From assembly GCF_003704095.1 (NCBI RefSeq), contig NW_020845300.1:496001-560000 (forward strand): a stretch of 64,000 nt of DNA, written 5' to 3'. The notes beneath the pieces were generated by a model. The model was not told the DNA's origin. It searched no databases and saw only the letters and a program-made list of their open reading frames with translations. This DNA comes from Pocillopora damicornis (lineage: Eukaryota). The position numbers were made by a program, and so were the translations under genes. Shown here in pieces: positions 61,501-64,000 of the stretch (the first letter of the stretch is position 1; every line of letters begins with the position of its first letter).

Positions 61501-64000
61501 AGAGGCAACAAACAAGAGAGTCAGAAACACATAGTTATTTTGACAGCGTTTTTCAATAATCATAAACAATTCAAACTAAAAAGACAATGGATACAAACAA
61601 GAGGGAAATAAAGCAGCTGAACCGTCAAACCCGATAAAACAACAGAACCAAAAGCGAACCTTTACAGGCCTTATAATGCCGCTATAGTTTTGCAAGAGAA
61701 TAATCACCAGATTCAATAATATCACCAAAATCTGTCATATCCTTGCACGATGCCAGAAAAAAGAAGGAACTACCTCTCCAAAAGAGCTCACACAAAATAG
61801 GCCACTTACTTTATTTCAAAGTGTTCATTAAACAATTTTTTTTATCACTCCGGTCAAGATTTGTCACCTTGTACTTGACGAGTGTCGATTGTCCTAACAT
61901 GGTCAATACCCAAGTGATAGCGATTCTCTGAGGATCACACAACAAAGCCCACGAGTCCGAACTCTCTTCCTGTGAGAAGATGCATATAGTATCCATGGAG
62001 ATGGGGTCTGTTGGAAGCTGCAGGTTCTCCCATGTCTTCAGAACAATCTGTTGAGTTGTATCACAAAATAAGATCGATTCGCACTTTACTACAGCTTTAT
62101 CTGTCGTGGAAAACAATATTGAGTAAAATCGAGACTGCTAAATATAACACTCCCTACTATCGATACATTTCCTAGATTTAAATACATCGCAACACTATGA
62201 CATCACAATGAAGCTAACAAACCTTTCCCTTTAGGAACTCTGGAAGGGTATGACGATCAAAGAGATGCTGATACTGGACTTTCAAACCATTATCCCTGCA
62301 CACTTGCATGAAAAACTTGCCCATCCGTTTCCTGAGAGGGAAAACAAAGTAATGGGTTATTGATACATAAATAGCACGCAGATCACTGAGGGTATGAAAA
62401 AAAATCCGTCAAGTTAAAATTGAATGTATTTACTGTCACTACTAATCAAAAATCACTCTAGTCACTTTTAACCCTTTTCATTATAACATCAATATGCGTA
62501 TTCTTCATACTGTTCTTTATACATTCCCTAAGGTGGTGACACGGAGAATTTTTTTATCAATCAAGAGCTTCTTTAGTTGGTGATAATCTCCTTTATCCTC
62601 GTATCCTCGTGACCTCTGTGATTCAGAAATGATCACGAGGGAAGAATTTAGATGCCAGTCACTCTAAAGGGCCAAAGAGAGAAAAGAAACCGAGGGTTTC
62701 TTGCGTAAATAGAAAAATTGGTGTTTTTTAAAGCTCTATTGAATTCAGCAAATTGCCCTACGCGTTCCTTGAAATCTTTGAGCTCAAGATCAACTGATTT
62801 GGTTACCTCCTGTCGACTCCCATTGCACCACAGTAAGTTAGAAAAGCTGCTGCAGCGATACAATTGGACAGAAGAATTTCAGATGAGGTGTACTCGTCAA
62901 CATACGCTTTCCATTCTCGCTCCATGTATTTCAGGCTACATGAAGTAATAATCATTCAAAAATAAGATGACATTATTAATAATAATAATAATAATAGTGA
63001 TGATGACGATAAACGAACGAAAATTTTACCAAACACAACCCATGTAACAAGAAAGGAAGGGAAGTAATTCTTTTCGTTTTCAGCTGCAAATACAACTTGA
63101 TAGAAATCTGCTATATGTTCTACTTCAAATTTTGTGTTTGTCACCTTGTGGATGGGGAGTACTCAACAACCTTTTTCAGGTACGAACTGGTGTATCATTT
63201 AGATTCCCAGAGTTCCAAATGTGTATGAGGAGAATTCGTTTTGATTTAATAATATCCATACAGAATAAGTAAGACTGTAGTTGGATTAGAATTCTTCGCA
63301 CTGATGTTGCACTTGTGGTTACGACCCAGTCCTATTGTCTAAACTCATTTCAGACATGGTCAACTCTAATTTCCTATAAGAGTTCATTGCAGTGAGTAGT
63401 TACAGATCATAATCAGGTGACACCACTATCGGTTGACGAGACAACTGCTTACCCATGTCGACCACCAACCAACACAAATAACTTCATTGCCTCTACATTC
63501 CTATATCAAATTGTCAAACAGAGAGCGTGACAGACAAACACACGAGGAGACAGATAGACGGAAAGACGGACATAGAAATCAGCAGGCAGAAAAAAAAAGG
63601 CAGATAGACACCGACAGATACGCAGAGAAACAAACAAAGACCCAGACCGACAAACTGACAGACAAATGAACAGTCAGACAGATAGAAAGACACACAGACA
63701 GATGGGTAAAGACATAAAGAGACAGATAAATGAAAAGAGAAGAAATGCGGGCAGACAAGGCAAGGAAGACAGACAGATGGATAGACAGACAGATTGACAG
63801 TTCACAAGATATCTTTACCTATGCAATAAGTCGGTAGCAGCCTTGAGCCTCTCACTACATGACCTGACATCATTGCTAAGGTCATGTTTCACCACCACTG
63901 CATCATCATACTCTTTCTGCAGCTTTGTTACAGTTTCTTGGAGATCTGGCAAGTCAGCTTCGGTCAGCTCGACTTCTGGCTCAGGCGTGTTTACCTTCAA
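49591..64000 (-). CDS. Divergent axonemal dynein heavy chain (DNAH5/8-like), 3' 26 exons: stalk end, AAA5, AAA6, C-terminal domain
   Basis: Exons 63819->64000, 62807-62935, 62223-62331, 61868-62047, 61235-61390, 60711-60748, 59754-59925, 59011-59156, 58398-58583, 57814-57925, 57133-57309, 56657-56793, 56383-56481, 55681-55816, 55461-55547, 54959-55144, 53960-54157, 53758-53871, 52936-53047, 52690-52820, 51970-52263, 51490-51606, 50742-50951, 50584-50658, 50411-50497, 49591-49917 splice in frame. Motifs: AAAFLTYCG, CDPQ, REGYRPIARRA, YQTSLAQF, GHWVLLHNAH, EVVYGRGVSDEFDR, YWLGAFFNP, GMFVYGIYLWGCAW, YSCPCY, WPLRG. Confidence 0.93.
63520..63800 (+). repeat. Degenerate (GACA/GATA)n microsatellite in a dynein intron
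   Basis: Directly visible. Confidence 0.85.

Noticed and set aside
63300-63375. Possible extra dynein exon
   Set aside because: It has an in-frame stop in the required phase, and the flanking exons splice directly in frame.

Overview
This window is AT-rich animal genomic DNA with spliceosomal introns and many 100-N scaffold gaps. The gene and repeat content suggests a cnidarian, probably a stony coral (inference). Left to right it holds: (1) UBE2J1 on the minus strand, 8 coding exons traced, 3' end outside the window; (2) a head-to-head 429-aa orphan gene with a single coding exon; (3) a complete 20-exon TRPA1-type channel on the minus strand (copy A, about 1208 aa when spliced by hand); (4) a second, diverged TRPA1 copy (B) with exons 2-5 at 35-40 kb and further exons on small gap-bounded contigs interleaved into copy A, next to a promoterless pseudogene of the orphan; (5) an intronless class A GPCR; and (6) the 3' 26 exons of a divergent axonemal dynein heavy chain. 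The best reading is a segmental duplication of an [orphan -><- TRPA1] unit that the scaffolder scrambled. Mobile DNA includes a 5'-inverted Penelope-like retroelement, a roughly 220-bp mini-Penelope with a target-site duplication, minimal hammerhead ribozyme motifs in both, and several MITEs whose empty sites are visible in the other TRPA1 copy. All alignments and family assignments were done by eye from recalled protein sequences; no search was run.
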